A stretch of 64,000 nt of DNA from the human T2T-CHM13v2.0 reference genome, Homo sapiens (GCF_009914755.1 NC_060928.1); one strand, 5' to 3'; counted from the stretch's first letter, positions 14,784-28,341 are shown. Notes: a model not told the origin generated them from the sequence alone. Numbers and translations: made by a program.

Positions 14784-15689
14784 CTTTACCTACCTGGCTC
14801 AATTCAGGGAGGATGTGAAAATGCTAACTACCAGACTGGTAGAAATGATCCCCACTAACTCCCGTGGGAAGGAAGTATGGTGATGAGCAATGCTATTTAA
14901 ACTTTTCCATTAAGTGTCCTCAGCAGAGGAGAATGAACTGGAGGTTCAGGGATGTCACATGGCCCTTGGCATGCTAGGAAGTGTTTTCAGTGCCCTCTAA
15001 TTTATTTTAAAGTGCCATGTGTTTATTTTTTCATTCTACTAGAAATATTTGCCTATTTAAATATAGAAAATGTTTTATATTACTTCCCACAGAATCATAT
15101 TGACTTACCATAGAATCAAATTACTGACCATGGAATCACTTCCAAGATCTCCCTATGAAATCACATGTCCTCTGGCATACCAGATTGAACATCCAAGAGG
15201 TAGATTAAAGATTATTGCATCTAGAGAATGAGACATGGATTCTAATCTTGCCTCTGTCAGTTATGTACTCTGTAGTCTTGATTCATTTGTTTAATATCTA
15301 TCTCCTCCTTCCCATTTTAATGAAGGAAAAGATTGTCAATACATTCCAAATCTAAAATTTTATAAACCTAATATTTTGTGTTATATTTGTTCATATATAA
15401 TCTTTCGAATAAATTCAATATTAAAAATTCAACAAAACATTTGATGCTTTTAGAAAACAGAATGAAGTGTTCATGAAAAACAAAAAAAAAGGATAACTTA
15501 CCAGTGCTAAGAAGTCACTGAAGTCAGAGAGACCAACATAAATCTCAGAAATTAGCACCAGTGAGGGGCAAACTTGAGCTTCAGGATTTCTACTATTCTG
15601 TATTTGCATTTAAAGGTGGCCAATAATCAAGTAAAGAATGTTTAGTAAAACTATGTATGCATTCATTCTTTCACCTCACAAGGCCGCTT

Positions 15690-16600
15690 CAAAGGATCTA
15701 TCCTCAAGGTACACTGGCAAAAACCCAAGCATAGCATTATCTGTGATACCAAAAGACTAGAAATAATCCAAAAGTTCATCACTATGTTACTGGTTGAATA
15801 AACAAGGGTTTATTCATATGATGGAGTACTATAAAGCTGTGAATAGGGCATGGGAAGTATCTCTATATCATGCAATGGATTGAGCTCCATAATATATAAG
15901 GTAAAAAACTAAAATGGAATAAAACATGCATAGTAAAGTTCATGTAAGAAAGGAATAAATATAACTATATATACATTAGTTTGTATTTTTAATGTAAGGA
16001 AAACCCAAAAACTCTTTATTAAAAATACTATCTATGGGGAAGGAAAAAAGTAGCATGGAAGGAGCAGAGATAGGTATTGACTTCTTGAATACTCTTTGCT
16101 TTATAAACGTGACTTTGAAATTTTTATATAATTATTACACAAAATTAAGTTAAAACAAATTCTTAAGAAGCAAAAGCAAAATTGAATAAAAAGCAAATAT
16201 TTATCAAGTTCAAGCAACTTTACAACACAATAAGTTGATTATATATTCCTAGTGGTATGTGCCCTAAGACAAAAGGAATTGCAGCAAAAAAAGAAAGAAA
16301 TCTTAAAATGTTTCAGTAACCACATTGTTGCAGACAGTGTTGGTATTGTTATTCTAAGATTTTTACACATGAATTGTGGGATAAATCAGATGAGTAATTA
16401 TGTTGATTCATTGGGAGCTAGGATTTTCTGTGTGGGAGAAAAGAGAAACAGATGAAAGATAAAGTTAAGTGAAAACAGTAGAATCCTGAATTAAAATGGG
16501 AAATACCAGTATAAACTCATATGTAGATTATCTTTGAAAAGAAACAAATTCCCTAGCTATATTTATTGAATGGGTCTAGAAACAAGTGGTAACATTGACA
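15690..16600 (+). mobile_element. Old L1M 3'-region fragment
   Basis: Motifs gcatagcattatctgtgataccaaaagactagaaataatcc and atgatggagtactataaagctg. Confidence 0.55.
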
Positions 16601-16967
16601 AGTCTCAAGAGTAGTGGTGTGCTAGAGTCAGGACACACAGGCTCATAGCAGCTGATTGTTAAATGTTCAGAATATTCTGACACTGTCATTAAAATATTAT
16701 GGCCTTTTTTTTTTTGAGAATGTGTTTGCCAGAATAATGCTACATAAGAGCCAACATGAAGAAGTTACCGTGGACAAACATTTTCAGCATCAATAAGAAT
16801 AACTACAGTGGAGTGAAACATCAAATATTATTAAATTTATGTATTCATAATGATATTTCCTCACACTGAAAATAAATGATTAGTCACCTTCAAAGCACAT
16901 GAAGTAATCAAATTTCTATTTTCAAAAAAGGTAAAGAAGGGGAAAGAGTCCAAATATACAGGGAAAC

Positions 16968-18208
16968 TGATAGGGAGAGGAAGCAGAAATTCTAGGCAGA
17001 AAAGGGCAGGTCCCTGGTGAAGCCCCACCCTCAAACTGTAAAGCCTGACACCATGGCCCAAAGCAAGAACTTACATCCCTGTTTTCCTGCTTGAATGTTG
17101 CCTTTTCCAACACCACCCACGGCCCCACCCTGCCCCAATCCTGTGCCTATAAAAATCCCAGACTTGGTCTAGATGCAGTGGCTCACGCCTGTAATCCTAG
17201 CATTTTGGGAGGCCGAGGAAGGTGGATCACCTGAGGTCAGGTGTTCAGGACCAGCCTGGCCAACGTGGCAAAACTCCATCTTTACTAAAAATACAAAAAT
17301 TAGCCAGACATGTTGGCGCGTGCCTGTAATACCAGCTACTCAGGAGGCTGAGGAAGCAGAATCTCCTGAACCTGGTGGGGTGGAGGTTGCAGTGAGCCGA
17401 GATGCACCATTGCACTCCAGCCTGGGCAACAAGAGCAAAACTCCATCTCGTAGGGGGAGAAAAATCCCAGACTCAGCCAGCAGAAAGGAGAAGCAGCTGG
17501 ACATTGGAGAGGAGCGGCTTGATGGCATAACTTCAGTGAAGAATCCAGCCAGAGATGGCTGGACTTCAGGAAAATATTACCTTCCCACCCTGTCCCCTTT
17601 TCAGCTTCCCTTCCCACTGAGGGCCACTTTCATCAGCAATAAAATCCCCACATTTACCATCCTTCAATTCGTTCATGTGACCTCATTTCTCCTGGATGCT
17701 GGACAAGAGCTCAGGAGTCACGAGTGTGGATACAAAAGGCTGTCACACTGACCCTTTGCCCTCACAGGCAGAAGGCAGCTGCTTCGCATGAAAAGACAGA
17801 GGGCCCACTGAGCGGTTAACACTTAAGCTCTCTGTGAATAGCAGAGCTAAAAGAGCACTGTAACACCCCATCTGAGGCTTCAGGGGTCACAGGCACCCCC
17901 CGCCAGATGCTGCCACAGGGCCCTATGGAATTTTCTCTGGCTGACACCCAAAAGCCCTTGCCCTGGCTTCTGCACCCACTCACCTGCATGCTCCCTCCTG
18001 TGAGGGGTGGAATGCAGTGGTTTTGAGTGAGCGAAGTTCGCCCCTGCCAGCGCCAAAGTGGCCATCAGGTTCCAGCATTCCTGCACTCCAGTTCCCAACT
18101 CATTAGCTAGCACATTCCTTCCCACAAGGAGTTGAAAGCTGCAGGCTGAGTAAACGAGAAACCCCTGTCATTAGTTCCGTGAAGCAATCAGAGAAATATC
18201 CTGCTTCA
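16968..18208 (+). mobile_element. Solo ERV1 LTR (LTR28/LTR1-like) with an internal Alu
   Basis: TG...CA termini, 4-bp TSD AAAC (16964-16967 and 18209-18212), GC boxes, and TATAAAAA at 17148-17155. Confidence 0.8.
17166..17459 (+). mobile_element. AluS lacking a poly-A tail, inside the LTR
   Basis: 14-bp TSD AAAAATCCCAGACT (17151-17164 and 17460-17473). Confidence 0.93.
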
Positions 18209-18422
18209 AAACGTTTTTATAAATGTATGCCAGCTAATAAGTGATACAGAAATGATAAAATGTCACTATTTACAATCCTTAATTAGTTAATGAATTTAGC
18301 TTCTAACATGACAAAGTAGAAAAGAATCAGGTGATTGCTTACCTACAAAACACTATTCATGAAATAGTCATGGCTACCACATCCCCAAATCTCTGATCCT
18401 CCTCAAAAGTAACCTCTATACT

Positions 18423-19240
18423 TGTGTGTGAATTTTTTCTCACATTAGCTAACTCTCTAGACACCAAATGGGTGTGCTCCGATTCAATTATTATTCTAGC
18501 TACCTGGAGTTAGCATAAACACCATAGGACTGTCCCCTACTTCAGATACCAATTGCAGGCCCCTAGGTTACCCACATTTCTGTCTGACTTGGCTACAAAT
18601 CAGGGGTTCTGATGACCTCCTTCTCGTGTTTGATAATCTGCTATGATGGCTCACAGAACTCAGAGAAGCACTTATATCTACCTGTTTATTATAAAGGATG
18701 TGATAGAGAATACAGATGAATAGCCAGGTGAAGAGGCACTTAGGGCAACATTGGAAGGGTCTTGAGACAGGAGCTTCTGTCCCCATGGAATTAGGGCACA
18801 TTACCCTCCCAACACATGGATGTATTCACCAGACTTCTTAGAAGCTCTCAGAACTCCATGTTTTAGGAATTTTTTGGATGGTTCATCACATAGGCACGAT
18901 TGATTATTAACTCCATCTCTAGCCCTTCTTTCCTCTGGGGAGGAATAGGGTAGGTGTGGGGGGCTGAAAGTTCCAAGTTTCTAATCATGTCTTGGTTCTT
19001 TCTGATGACCAGCTCCCATCCGAGACTAGCCAAGAGCCAATGAAGAGTCACCTCATTAGAACAAAAGATGATTTTATCACCCAGGAAATCCCAAGGGATT
19101 CTAAGGAGCTATGTTTCAGGAACTGGGGTCAGAGACGAAATAGAAAAAAAGATGCTCCTAGTATTCATATCTCTCAGGAAATTTCAAGGGTTTTTGGAGC
19201 TGTGTGCTAGGAACCAGGGACAGAGACCAAGTACACATGT
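18423..19240 (-). mobile_element. MER21-like LTR
   Basis: Motifs gacaccaaatgggtgt, ctacctggagttagc, ctgacttggctacaaat and tgattattaactccatctctagcc. Confidence 0.7.
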
Positions 19241-19249
19241 CTTACGTCA

Positions 19250-19785
19250 AAATAGGTAACTATGATTTTACAGGAAGTATAGGGAGCCAAGGATCACGTT
19301 AATGAAAACTATGCAATCAGGAAAATTTATACTATTCAAACTCTACAGGACAAATTATGGATTTTTTCAAAAAAATAAACTGCAAAGAAATATAAAGAGA
19401 TGGGAAAGAGTAGGAGAAAGTGTGTGTATTAGAGAACCTACAGATTGAAAAAAAGATAAGCTAAAGACAACAATCAATTGCAACATGAACCAATTGCAAT
19501 AATCAGTAAGAAACATTAATCAATTACAATGTATGGATCTTATTTCAATCCTATCAAACTATCTGAGAGGTGGAGGGAATTAAACAATTATGAGACAATT
19601 GGGGAAATTTGAACAATGGCTGGACATTTAATGTTATTGAAGAATTATTATTTTTTAAAGTAGAATAATGGCACTGTGGCTATGTTTTTACAACGAACAA
19701 ATGTTTTGGGAATATATGCTGAAATAATTATGAATGAAATAACATGATACCCAGAGTTTGCTTCCAAATATTGAGTGGGCAAGTG
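19250..19785 (+). mobile_element. L1MC-like 3' end fragment
   Basis: tgagacaattggggaaatttgaac...gaattattatttttt...gagtttgcttccaaata. Confidence 0.6.
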
Positions 19786-19819
19786 TAGAAGTAAGAAGGA
19801 GTATTAGAATTCTGCTACT

Positions 19820-19965
19820 CCAAGAGTAAACTACCAGCTAGGATCCACATCACCTAGGAGCTTGTTAGAAATGAAGAACCTCAGACTCAAGCCTAAACTA
19901 TAAAAAACTGTACTTTAACATTCAAGTTCATCAATAGGTTTATTGAAGTTTGAGAATCTCTAGTG
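19820..19965. mobile_element. MER5A-like fragment
   Basis: catcacctaggagcttgttagaaatgaagaacctcag ... aagtttgagaa. Confidence 0.55.
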
Positions 19966-20596
19966 TGGCAAAACATATTTGGCCATTGTTTAAGCTTGGT
20001 GATAGATATAATAGGATATTATACTTTCTACATTTGTGTGTATCTGATTTTTTAAAAGAAAGCCAAGTTAGAGAGAAGGGTACCTAGAGTGTGAATAGCC
20101 CAAAAGTAGACCTTTTCCTTTGTTCTTTACCTCACTTTCCCTAACTTAGTCCCTGCTCTTATACTTAACCATTAGCATGTTCCCTAACTTACCCTGACAT
20201 AGCACACTTCAAGCCTCTTGAACTCTAGGGCCGTTCCTATTGTGTTACCAATTCTAAGCCCCAAGATCTCCAAGTAGATGTCATAAAGTGAACAATTTCT
20301 CTGCTCCCAGAATCCTAACAACGTCTCTGAAAACCACATTAGAGACTCTGCAAGAGAGTTAAGAAGACAGTGATGCCTCCTGCCAAGAATGATTTACAAA
20401 GCTCATGAGGAGACAATGTTTTCCAGCTGTCTCCATGCTAGGGCCCAGCTGCACTTTTTATAGCGGTCATTGTTCTTTCTTTAGTAATTAAAAATATTTT
20501 AGCACTATTTTGCAAACTACAACGGGGAGGTAAAGGGAGATCTCTCTGCATGTAGATGCAACATTGTATTTTCTGCTGTACAAATATAAAATAATT

Positions 20597-20701
20597 TATG
20601 AATAAGGTCCAGAGGATCAATCAGATAAGAGGAGAATAAATAAAACCAATCTATGATTAAGGTCCAGAGGATCAATCAGACTATAGGAGAATAAGTAAAA
20701 C
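20597..20701 (+). repeat. 55-bp tandem duplication (~2 copies)
   Basis: taaggtccagaggatcaatcaga at 20603 and 20658. Confidence 0.92.
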
Positions 20702-21159
20702 ATTTCTTCCTTGTATATTAGACAAGGTTCTTTTAATATATAAATGCATTTTCACAATGGTTCAAAAATAAAATCTACTCAACTTCCTGCATTTATACAT
20801 TGTCCCATCTCATCAGTTTTCTCTTTTTTCCAACTTATACAAATAATTGCCAAGTCATTCAGAATCCAAGATCCTCTGGGAATTACCCTGCCCAGAAATT
20901 TAATAAGGAAAGCCAGTGTTAGTCAAATTCCATGCTGCATTTAAAAAGAGCAATAACCTTTCTTTAAACATTTGAATGAAGTTAAGTTTTACTGGTAGTC
21001 AAATAAATGCAAAGGAAAACAGTGAAGTGTCACCATAACCTCTCAGATTGGCAATTAGGAATGAGGAAAAGCCAGCATTTTCCCATAATGCTAATGGGAG
21101 AGTGATGGGGGAAATCTTACTAAACGGAAGTTTAGCATTATGTATCAATAGTCTTTTTT

Positions 21160-21990
21160 ATTAAAAAGAAGTTTTATTGAAATATAACTGAAATATTATA
21201 AACCACCCATACTTAAAGTATATAATTTGAAAACTTTTAATATGTTTATAGCAATGAAACCATAACCATTATCAATATAATAAGCATATTCATCACTCCC
21301 CAAAATTTCATGTCCCTTATAAGCCCACTCTTGTGACCATCCCTGACATTTCTTTATGTCCACATTCATGACCTATGATTTTACTGAAATGAAATTACAC
21401 AGTATGTGTTATTTCATCTGGTCTCTTGCACTCAGCATAATTACTTTGAGACTTATCTATGCCATAGCATGTGCCAGTGGTTTATTCCATTTTAATGCTG
21501 AGTAGTATTCTATAATATGGCAAAATCAGTTTATCTATTCACCTGTCATACAGAAATTTGGATGGCTTCCAGTGTTTAGTTGTTACAAATACATCTCTAT
21601 GAATTTGTGTGTGCAAGTCTTTGTGTGGGCATAAGCTTTCTTTCAACTTGGGTAAGTACATAGGAGTAGAATAGCTGGATTATATGGTAGTAATATGTTT
21701 AACTTTTAAATAAATGGCCAAACTGTTTTCAAAAGTTATTGTGCCATTTACATTCCCAGCAGCCATGAATGAGAGTCCTAGTTCCTTAACATCTTGGCAA
21801 TAACCTGATTTTACTGGTCTTTATTTTTTGACAATCTAGTGTGTGTATACTGTGATTTTAGATTGCATTTCTTTAACAACTAACAATGTGGAACATATTT
21901 CCATCCATGTGGATATTTGCCATCTTTATATTTCCATTAGTAAAGTGAAAACTCAAATATTTTGTTGTCTTTATTTAAATTTTGTTTTTT
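21160..21990 (-). mobile_element. Old L1 (L1MB/L1M-like) 3' fragment
   Basis: Antisense L1M 3' end motifs. Appears to resume after 30190. Confidence 0.7.
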
Positions 21991-22975
21991 TTTTTTTCCA
22001 ATTTGCATGTCTTTTATTTCTTTCCCTTGCTTAATTTATCTGGCTAGAATCTGTAGTACTGTTTTAAACAGAAGTGGTTGGAGTGAGCATGTTTGACTAG
22101 CTCCTGGTCTTAAAGGAAAAGATTACAATTTTTCAAATTTGAATATTATGTTATCTGTAGTTTGTTATACATGGCTTTATTGTGCTGAGGTACATCCCTT
22201 CTGTACCTAACTTAAGACTTTGTATCATAAATGGACATTGAATTTTGTCAAATGACTTTTCTCCATCAAATGAGATTGTCATATGGTTTTTGTCCTTCAT
22301 TCTATTACTGTAGTGTACCACATTTGCAGGTTTGGCTATGTTGAACCAATCTTGCATCCTAGGAATCCCTTGATCATGTTCCTAGTTGCAGATGACATGA
22401 TCTTACAAATAAAAATTTCTAGAGACTATAGCAAAAAATGTTAGAACTAATGAGCAAATTCAATAAAGTTGTAGAATACAAAATGAACATACAAAAATCA
22501 GTAGGATTTCTATACACTGAGAACAAACTAGCCAAAAAAATCAAGAAAGCAATAAAATTTACAATAGCTACAAAAATATAAAATACCAAAGAATAAGTTT
22601 AACCAAGAAAGTGAAAGATATCTACAATGAAAACTATAAAACACTGATAAGAATTAATATTGTAAACCATACTACCAAAAGAAATCAACAGATTTAATGC
22701 AATTTCTACTAAAATACCAATGACATTCTTCACAGACATAGAAAAAAAATCCTCAAATTGATATGAAACCACAAAAGATCACGAACAGCTGAACCAATAT
22801 TGAGCAAAAACAACAAAGCTGAAGTCATCACACTTCATGACTTTTGCCTGGGCAATGATTTCTTGACTATTACCCTAAAATACAGGCAACAAAACAAAAA
22901 TAGACAAATGTGAATATGTCAAACAAAAAAGCTTCTGCACAGAAAAAGAAACAATCAACAAAGTGAAGAGGCAAC

Positions 22976-23376
22976 TTTCACACACATCCGTGTGAAGAGA
23001 CAAGCAAACAGGCTTTGTGTGAGCAACAAGGTTGTTTATTTCACCTGGGTGCAGGCAGGCTGAGTCCGAAAAGAGAGTCAGCGAAGGCAGATAGGGGTGG
23101 GGCTGTTTTATAGGATTTAGGTGGGTAGTGGAAAATTACAGTCAAAGGGAGTTGTTCTCTGGTGGGCAGGGGCAGAGGACACAAGGAGCTCAGTGGCGGA
23201 GCTTTTGAGCCAGGATGAGCCAGGAGAAGGAATTTCACAAGGTAATGTCATCAGTTAAGGCAGGAACAGGCCATTTTCACTTCTTTTGTGATTCTTCAGT
23301 TACTTCAGGCCATCTAGATGTATACGTGCAGGTCACAGGGGATATGATGGCTTAGCTTGGGCTCAGAGGCCTGACA
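22976..23376 (-). mobile_element. HERV-H 3' LTR (LTR7 family)
   Basis: Preceded by purine-rich AAGAAGACAGGAA. Contains AATAAA. Confidence 0.95.
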
Positions 23377-23825
23377 TTCCTGTCTTCTTATATTAATAAG
23401 AAAAATAAAATGAAATAGTGGTAAAGTGTTGGGGCGGCGAAAATTTTGGGGGGTGGTATGGAGGGATAATGGGTGATGTTTCTCAGGGCTGCTTCGAGCA
23501 GGATTGGGAGTGATGTGGGAACCTAGAGTGGGAGAGATTAAGCTGAAGGAAGATTTTGTGGTAAGGGGTGATACTGTGGGGTTGTTAGAAGAAACATTTG
23601 TCATATAGAATGATTGGTGATGGCCTGGATATGGTTTTGTATGAATTGAAAAGCTAAACAGAATAAGAGAAGGAAAAAAACAGGTCTTAAAGGACTAAGA
23701 ATTGGGAGGACCTAGGACATCCAATTAGAGAGTGCCCAAGGAGGTTCAGCATAGCCCTGCCAGCAAAGATTATTTATTTACTTTAAGAGTTAAGAGTGGC
23801 AGTTTGGGAATAGCACCAGGAGATA

Positions 23826-26259
23826 TCAGCTGTGATGGCTTGGAGAAACAGTATAAACTGGCAGTGTAAACAAGAGCAGGGCATTTATGAGTAGTTGAGA
23901 ACGGTGAATAGGAGTATGACTAGACAGAAGATAGTAGGGATGACAAGTTTTTTGGGGTGCAGTGAAAGTTGGTCTGGTGTCTGGAATGAGACTGGGGCCT
24001 AATAAAAAGAAGCGTCCATACAGGAGCTCAAATGGGCTGCACCCTGTAGCATTCCAAGGACAGGCCCGAATTCTGAGAAGGGCAAGTGGTAAAAGTATTG
24101 TCCAGTCCTTTTTAAGTTGGTGGCTGAGCTTGGTGAGGTGTGTTTTTAAAAGACCACTAAGGGAGGGGGCCTGAGAAATTCCTGAGGAGTAGTAGAATAG
24201 CAGATGGAACACTGAAAAGTGATTTTTCAAGGATAGATTTCCACAATGGAAAGAAAATGAGAGGTTCTAAGAGATGGGCTAGCGGCTTGTAACCTACATG
24301 GAAGAGGTTATGAAATCACAATAGAATAGAATGGGCCTGTGAGGCTGGAAGGAGGTATTTTCCTTGGTCTAAACCATTTGCATTCTGTGGGAAGAGATTG
24401 ATAGGTGGAAGTTTCAGTGGGGGAGTAGGTGGGAGTGACCCATGAGAAGGAGAAAAACTGGCCATGAGGGACAGAGGTTGGAATGCTAGCTGCTTTTTTA
24501 GCTACCTTATCAGCATAAGCACTGCCCTGAGCAATGGGATCTGATGCCTTTTGATGGCCCTTGCAGTGAATGACTCCAGCTTCCTTTGGAAGTAAAGCGG
24601 ACTTGAGAAGAGTTTTTATTAAAGAGGAATTAATGATGGAAGACCCTTGTGTAGTGAGGAAACCTCTTGTTGCTCATATAACAGTATGGTGGTGCAGGAT
24701 ATGGAAGGCATATTTATAGTCAGTATAAATATTGACACGTAAGTCCTTTTGCAAGAGTGAAGGTTCGAGTTAAGGCAATGAGTTCGGCTTGCTGAGAGGT
24801 AGTGGAGGGGGACAGAAAGTATATGTATCAAGTGTGAGGAAGAAAATAGATTTTGGAAGTTATGAGAACTCTAGAGAGTGAGTTGAACATAGTTTGTGAC
24901 TTTGAGGGCCTGTAAAATATTAAGGCAGTGGCAGCTACTGCACACAGACATGAGGGCTAGGCTAAAACAGTAAGATCAAGTTGTTTGGATAGAAAGGCTA
25001 CAGGGCACAGTCTCTCAGCTTTGTCTAAGAACTCTGACTGCACAGCCCTGCACTTTGGCTGTGTGTAATGAAAAAGGAGTGATGAGTTAGGGAGAGCTAG
25101 TGTGGGAGCTGTTTTTTTAAGGAATGGAAAAGGGAGTGGGGAAAGGATTTAGGGTCTATGGGGTCAGCTAGGTTTGTTTTTGTGAGTTTATATAATGGTT
25201 TAGTCAGGATGGTAAAACTAGGTATCCAAAGGCGGAAGTACCTAACTGTGCCTAGGAAGGAAAGGAGTTGTTGTTTTATAGAAGGGGTTGGAGTTTGGGA
25301 GATTAGCCAGACATGATTAGCAGGGAAAGCATGTGTGTTTTCATAAAGAATTATGCTGAGATAGGTAACGGATGAGGAAGAAATTTGGGCTTGACTAAAG
25401 TAATGGGGGCTGTCCATGAAGTCTTGCGGCAGTACAGCCCAGGTAATTTGCTGAGCCTGATGGGTGTCAAGGTCAGTCCAACTGAAAGTGAAGAGAGGCT
25501 GGGATGAAGGGTGCAAAGGAATAGTAAAGAAAGCATATTTGAGACCCAGAACAGAACAATGGGTTGTGGAGGGGTTGTGGAGGGAGGTTTTGGGGATAGG
25601 AGAGTATATGGGTTTGGCACCACAGGGTAGACAGGCAAAACAATTTGGTTGATAAGGCGCAGATCCTGAGCTAACCTGTAAGGCTTGTCCGGTTTTTGGA
25701 CAGGTAAAATGGGGGAATTGTAAGGAGAGTTTATAGGCTTTAAAAGGCCATGCTGTAACAGGCAAGTGATAACAGGCTTTAATCCTTTTAAAGCATGCTG
25801 TGGGATGGGATATTGGCATTGAGCAGGGTAAGGGTGATTAGGTTTTAATGGGATGGTAAGGGGTGCATGATCAGTCTCCAAGGAGAGAGTAGGGGTGTCT
25901 AATATTTGTGGATTAAGGTGGGGAGATACAAGGGGAGGATGCAAAGGAGGCTTTGAACTGGGGAAAAGGGTGGCAGTGAGGTGTGGCTGTAGCCTAGGAA
26001 TAGTCAGGGAAGCAGATAATTTAGTAAAAATGTCTCAACCTAATAAGGGAGCTGGGCAGGTGAGAAAAACTAAAAAGGAGTGCATTAAAGAATGTTTTCC
26101 AAGTTGGCACCAGAATTCGGGAGTTTTAAGAGGTTTAGAAGCCTGGCCGTCAATACCCACAACAGTTATGGAGGCAAAGGAAACAGGCCTTTGAAAAGAA
26201 GGTAATGTGGAGTTGGTAGCCTCCATATTGATTAAGAAGGGGATGGACTTACCCTCCAC
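23826..26259 (-). pseudogene. pol: HERV-H pro-pol remnant (protease, RT, RNase H and integrase fragments)
   Basis: Degenerate protease site (FLINMEA instead of D-T-G-A). RT motifs SPYNSPILPVQK, QDLRLIN and WAVLPQDFMDSP are present but YxDD is absent. Integrase-like LPLALLRIRA and SPFELLYGR. Multiple frameshifts. Confidence 0.88.
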
Positions 26260-26293
26260 TGTAAGTTACCCAAAGCTCCTCGTCTGTGATGGT

Positions 26294-27450
26294 CTAGGGG
26301 GCTTCCGAGGCGATCGGGCAGCATCGGTCTTCAGCAGCTAAGCCGAGAAGATCTGGGAAGGAGTCAGTCAGAGAGCCTTGGGCCAGAGTTCCAGGGGCTC
26401 GGGAGTGGCTGCTAGATGAGTTGGACAGTCCGATTTTCAGGTGTCCTGCACAGATGGGACACAGCTTAGGAGGAATCCCAGGCTGCGGGCATTCCTTGAC
26501 CCAGTGGCCAGATTTCCCGCACTTGAAGCAAGTTCCCGGGGGAGGCAGTCCTGGAGGAATTCCTGGCCTCTGCAGTTTAGGCTTTTGGAAATTTTTGTGT
26601 GCTGGAGATGTGGCTGGGGTTTCTCTCACAGTGGAGGCAAGGAATTGCAACTCAGAAATATGTTGCTACTTGGCTGCCTCTACTCTATTATTGTACACCT
26701 TGAAGGCGAGGTCAATTAAGTCCTGTTGTGGGGTTTGAGGGCCAGAATTTAATTTTTGGAGTTTTATTTAGTGTTGGGAGCAGATTACATAATAAAATGC
26801 ATATAGAGAATAAGACGGCCTTCTGACTCTTCAGGGTCTAGGGCTGTAAAGTGTCTCAGGGTTGCTGCCAAACGGGCCATGAACTGGGCTGGGTTTTTCA
26901 TATTTGATGAAAAAGAGCCTAAACACTAACTGATTTGGGAGAGGTCGGATAAAGAAAAAGGAGCATTAACCTTGACTATACCGTTAGCTCCAGCCACCTC
27001 TTTAAGAGGAAATTGGACAGGTTGGGGAGGGCTAGTTGCAGAATGAAACTGCAAGCTGGACTGGGTGTGAAGAGGGGAGGTGATAAAAGGATTATAGGAT
27101 GGGGGAGCCGAGGCTGAGGAAGAATTGGGACCTGGCTCAGCCTGGCAAGGAGCAGCCTGGGGAGGAGGGGAGATGTCAGATGGGCCTGCAGAAAAGGAAG
27201 ATTGGAAAGACTCAGGATGCTTGTGGTTGGGACTGAGGGGGCAGGCGAGAGGGAAAGAAGGAGGATTTGGGAGGAATCGCATTGGGAACAGAGACTTGGG
27301 AGGGATATGAAAAAGAATACCTGGACGTCAGGCAACTCAGACCATTTGCCCATTTTATGACAAGAATTATCTAGATCTTGTAAGATGGAAAAATCCAAAG
27401 TGCTATTTTCTGACTATTTGGAACCATTGTCGAGTTTGTATTGGGGTTAA
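26294..27450 (-). pseudogene. gag: HERV-H gag remnant (frameshifted)
   Basis: CCHC zinc knuckle CFKCGKSGHWVKEC in ORF 26294-26650. Proline-rich stretch and KVNAPFSLSDL motif in upstream ORFs. Confidence 0.85.
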
Positions 27451-27621
27451 GTGGCATTGCAGAATAAAATAAGGTGTTTAGGTTTTAGGTCAGGTGTGAG
27501 TTGAAGAGGCTTTAAGTTTTTGAGAACACAGGCTAAGAGAGAAGAGGTAGGAATGGAAAGTGGAAGGTTGCCTATAGTGAAGGAGGCAAGCCCAGAGAAA
27601 AGGGAGGGTAAGGACATGGAA

Positions 27622-27900
27622 AGAAGGGGTGGGGGCTGCTTGCCCCCCAGGAAAGTGGAGAAGGGGTGGGAGGTGCTTGCCACCCAGGAAAGTGGAGAAG
27701 GGGTGGGAGGTGCTTGCCCCCCAGGAAAGTGGAGAAGGGGTGAGAGGTGCTTGCCCCCCAGGAAAGTGGAGAAGAGGTGGGAGGTGCTTGCCCCCCAGGA
27801 AAGTCAAAAAGGGGCAGGAGGTTCTTGCCCCCAGAAACGTTGTAAAGGGTTAGAGACACGAAGAGAAGGGGTGGGGGGTGCTTGCCCCCCAGAAAAGTGG
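27622..27900. repeat. 37-bp G-rich minisatellite in the HERV-H leader (~6 tandem copies plus 1 separated copy)
   Basis: caggaaagt recurs at 27648, 27685, 27722, 27759 and 27796 (period 37), with degenerate copies near 27832 and 27890. Confidence 0.92.
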
Positions 27901-28341
27901 TGGTTGCAGCTAAGGGTGAAGGATCAAGGCAGGCATCCCTGCGGTGATCAGACACCTCTGAAATTTGGGTAAATAATCAAGCAGGCATCCCCGCAGTGAT
28001 TAAACACCAAGGGAAGACTGTCTTCCAGAGTTCGTGACCGGCGCCAGAGTTTTGGGTCCATGGATAAAATGTGTCTCCTTTGTCTCTACCAGAAAATGAA
28101 AGGACCTGAAATTAAGAGAAGGGAGAGATTGAAGTGTGGCTCCAAGATTGAAAGGAGAAAGAGGTTGAGGGATAGTGAGAGAGGTTGGAGAAGGGAGTAA
28201 AGAGAGGCTGCTTACCTGATTTAAAATTGGTGAGATGTTCCTTGGGCTGGTTAGTCTGAGGATCAGAGGTCATAGGTGGATCTTTCTCATGGAGCAAGGA
28301 GCAGGAGGACAGGGGATTGATCTCCCAAGGGAGGTCCCCAG

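Noticed and set aside
25097-25944. Longest ORFs in the window (240 and 197 aa) as a functional reverse transcriptase
   Set aside because: They are frameshifted HERV-H pol pieces with no YxDD motif and a dead protease site upstream.
27622-27900. 37-bp periodic repeat resembling a CRISPR array
   Set aside because: The units are head-to-tail with no unique spacers, inside a primate endogenous retrovirus, and there are no cas genes.
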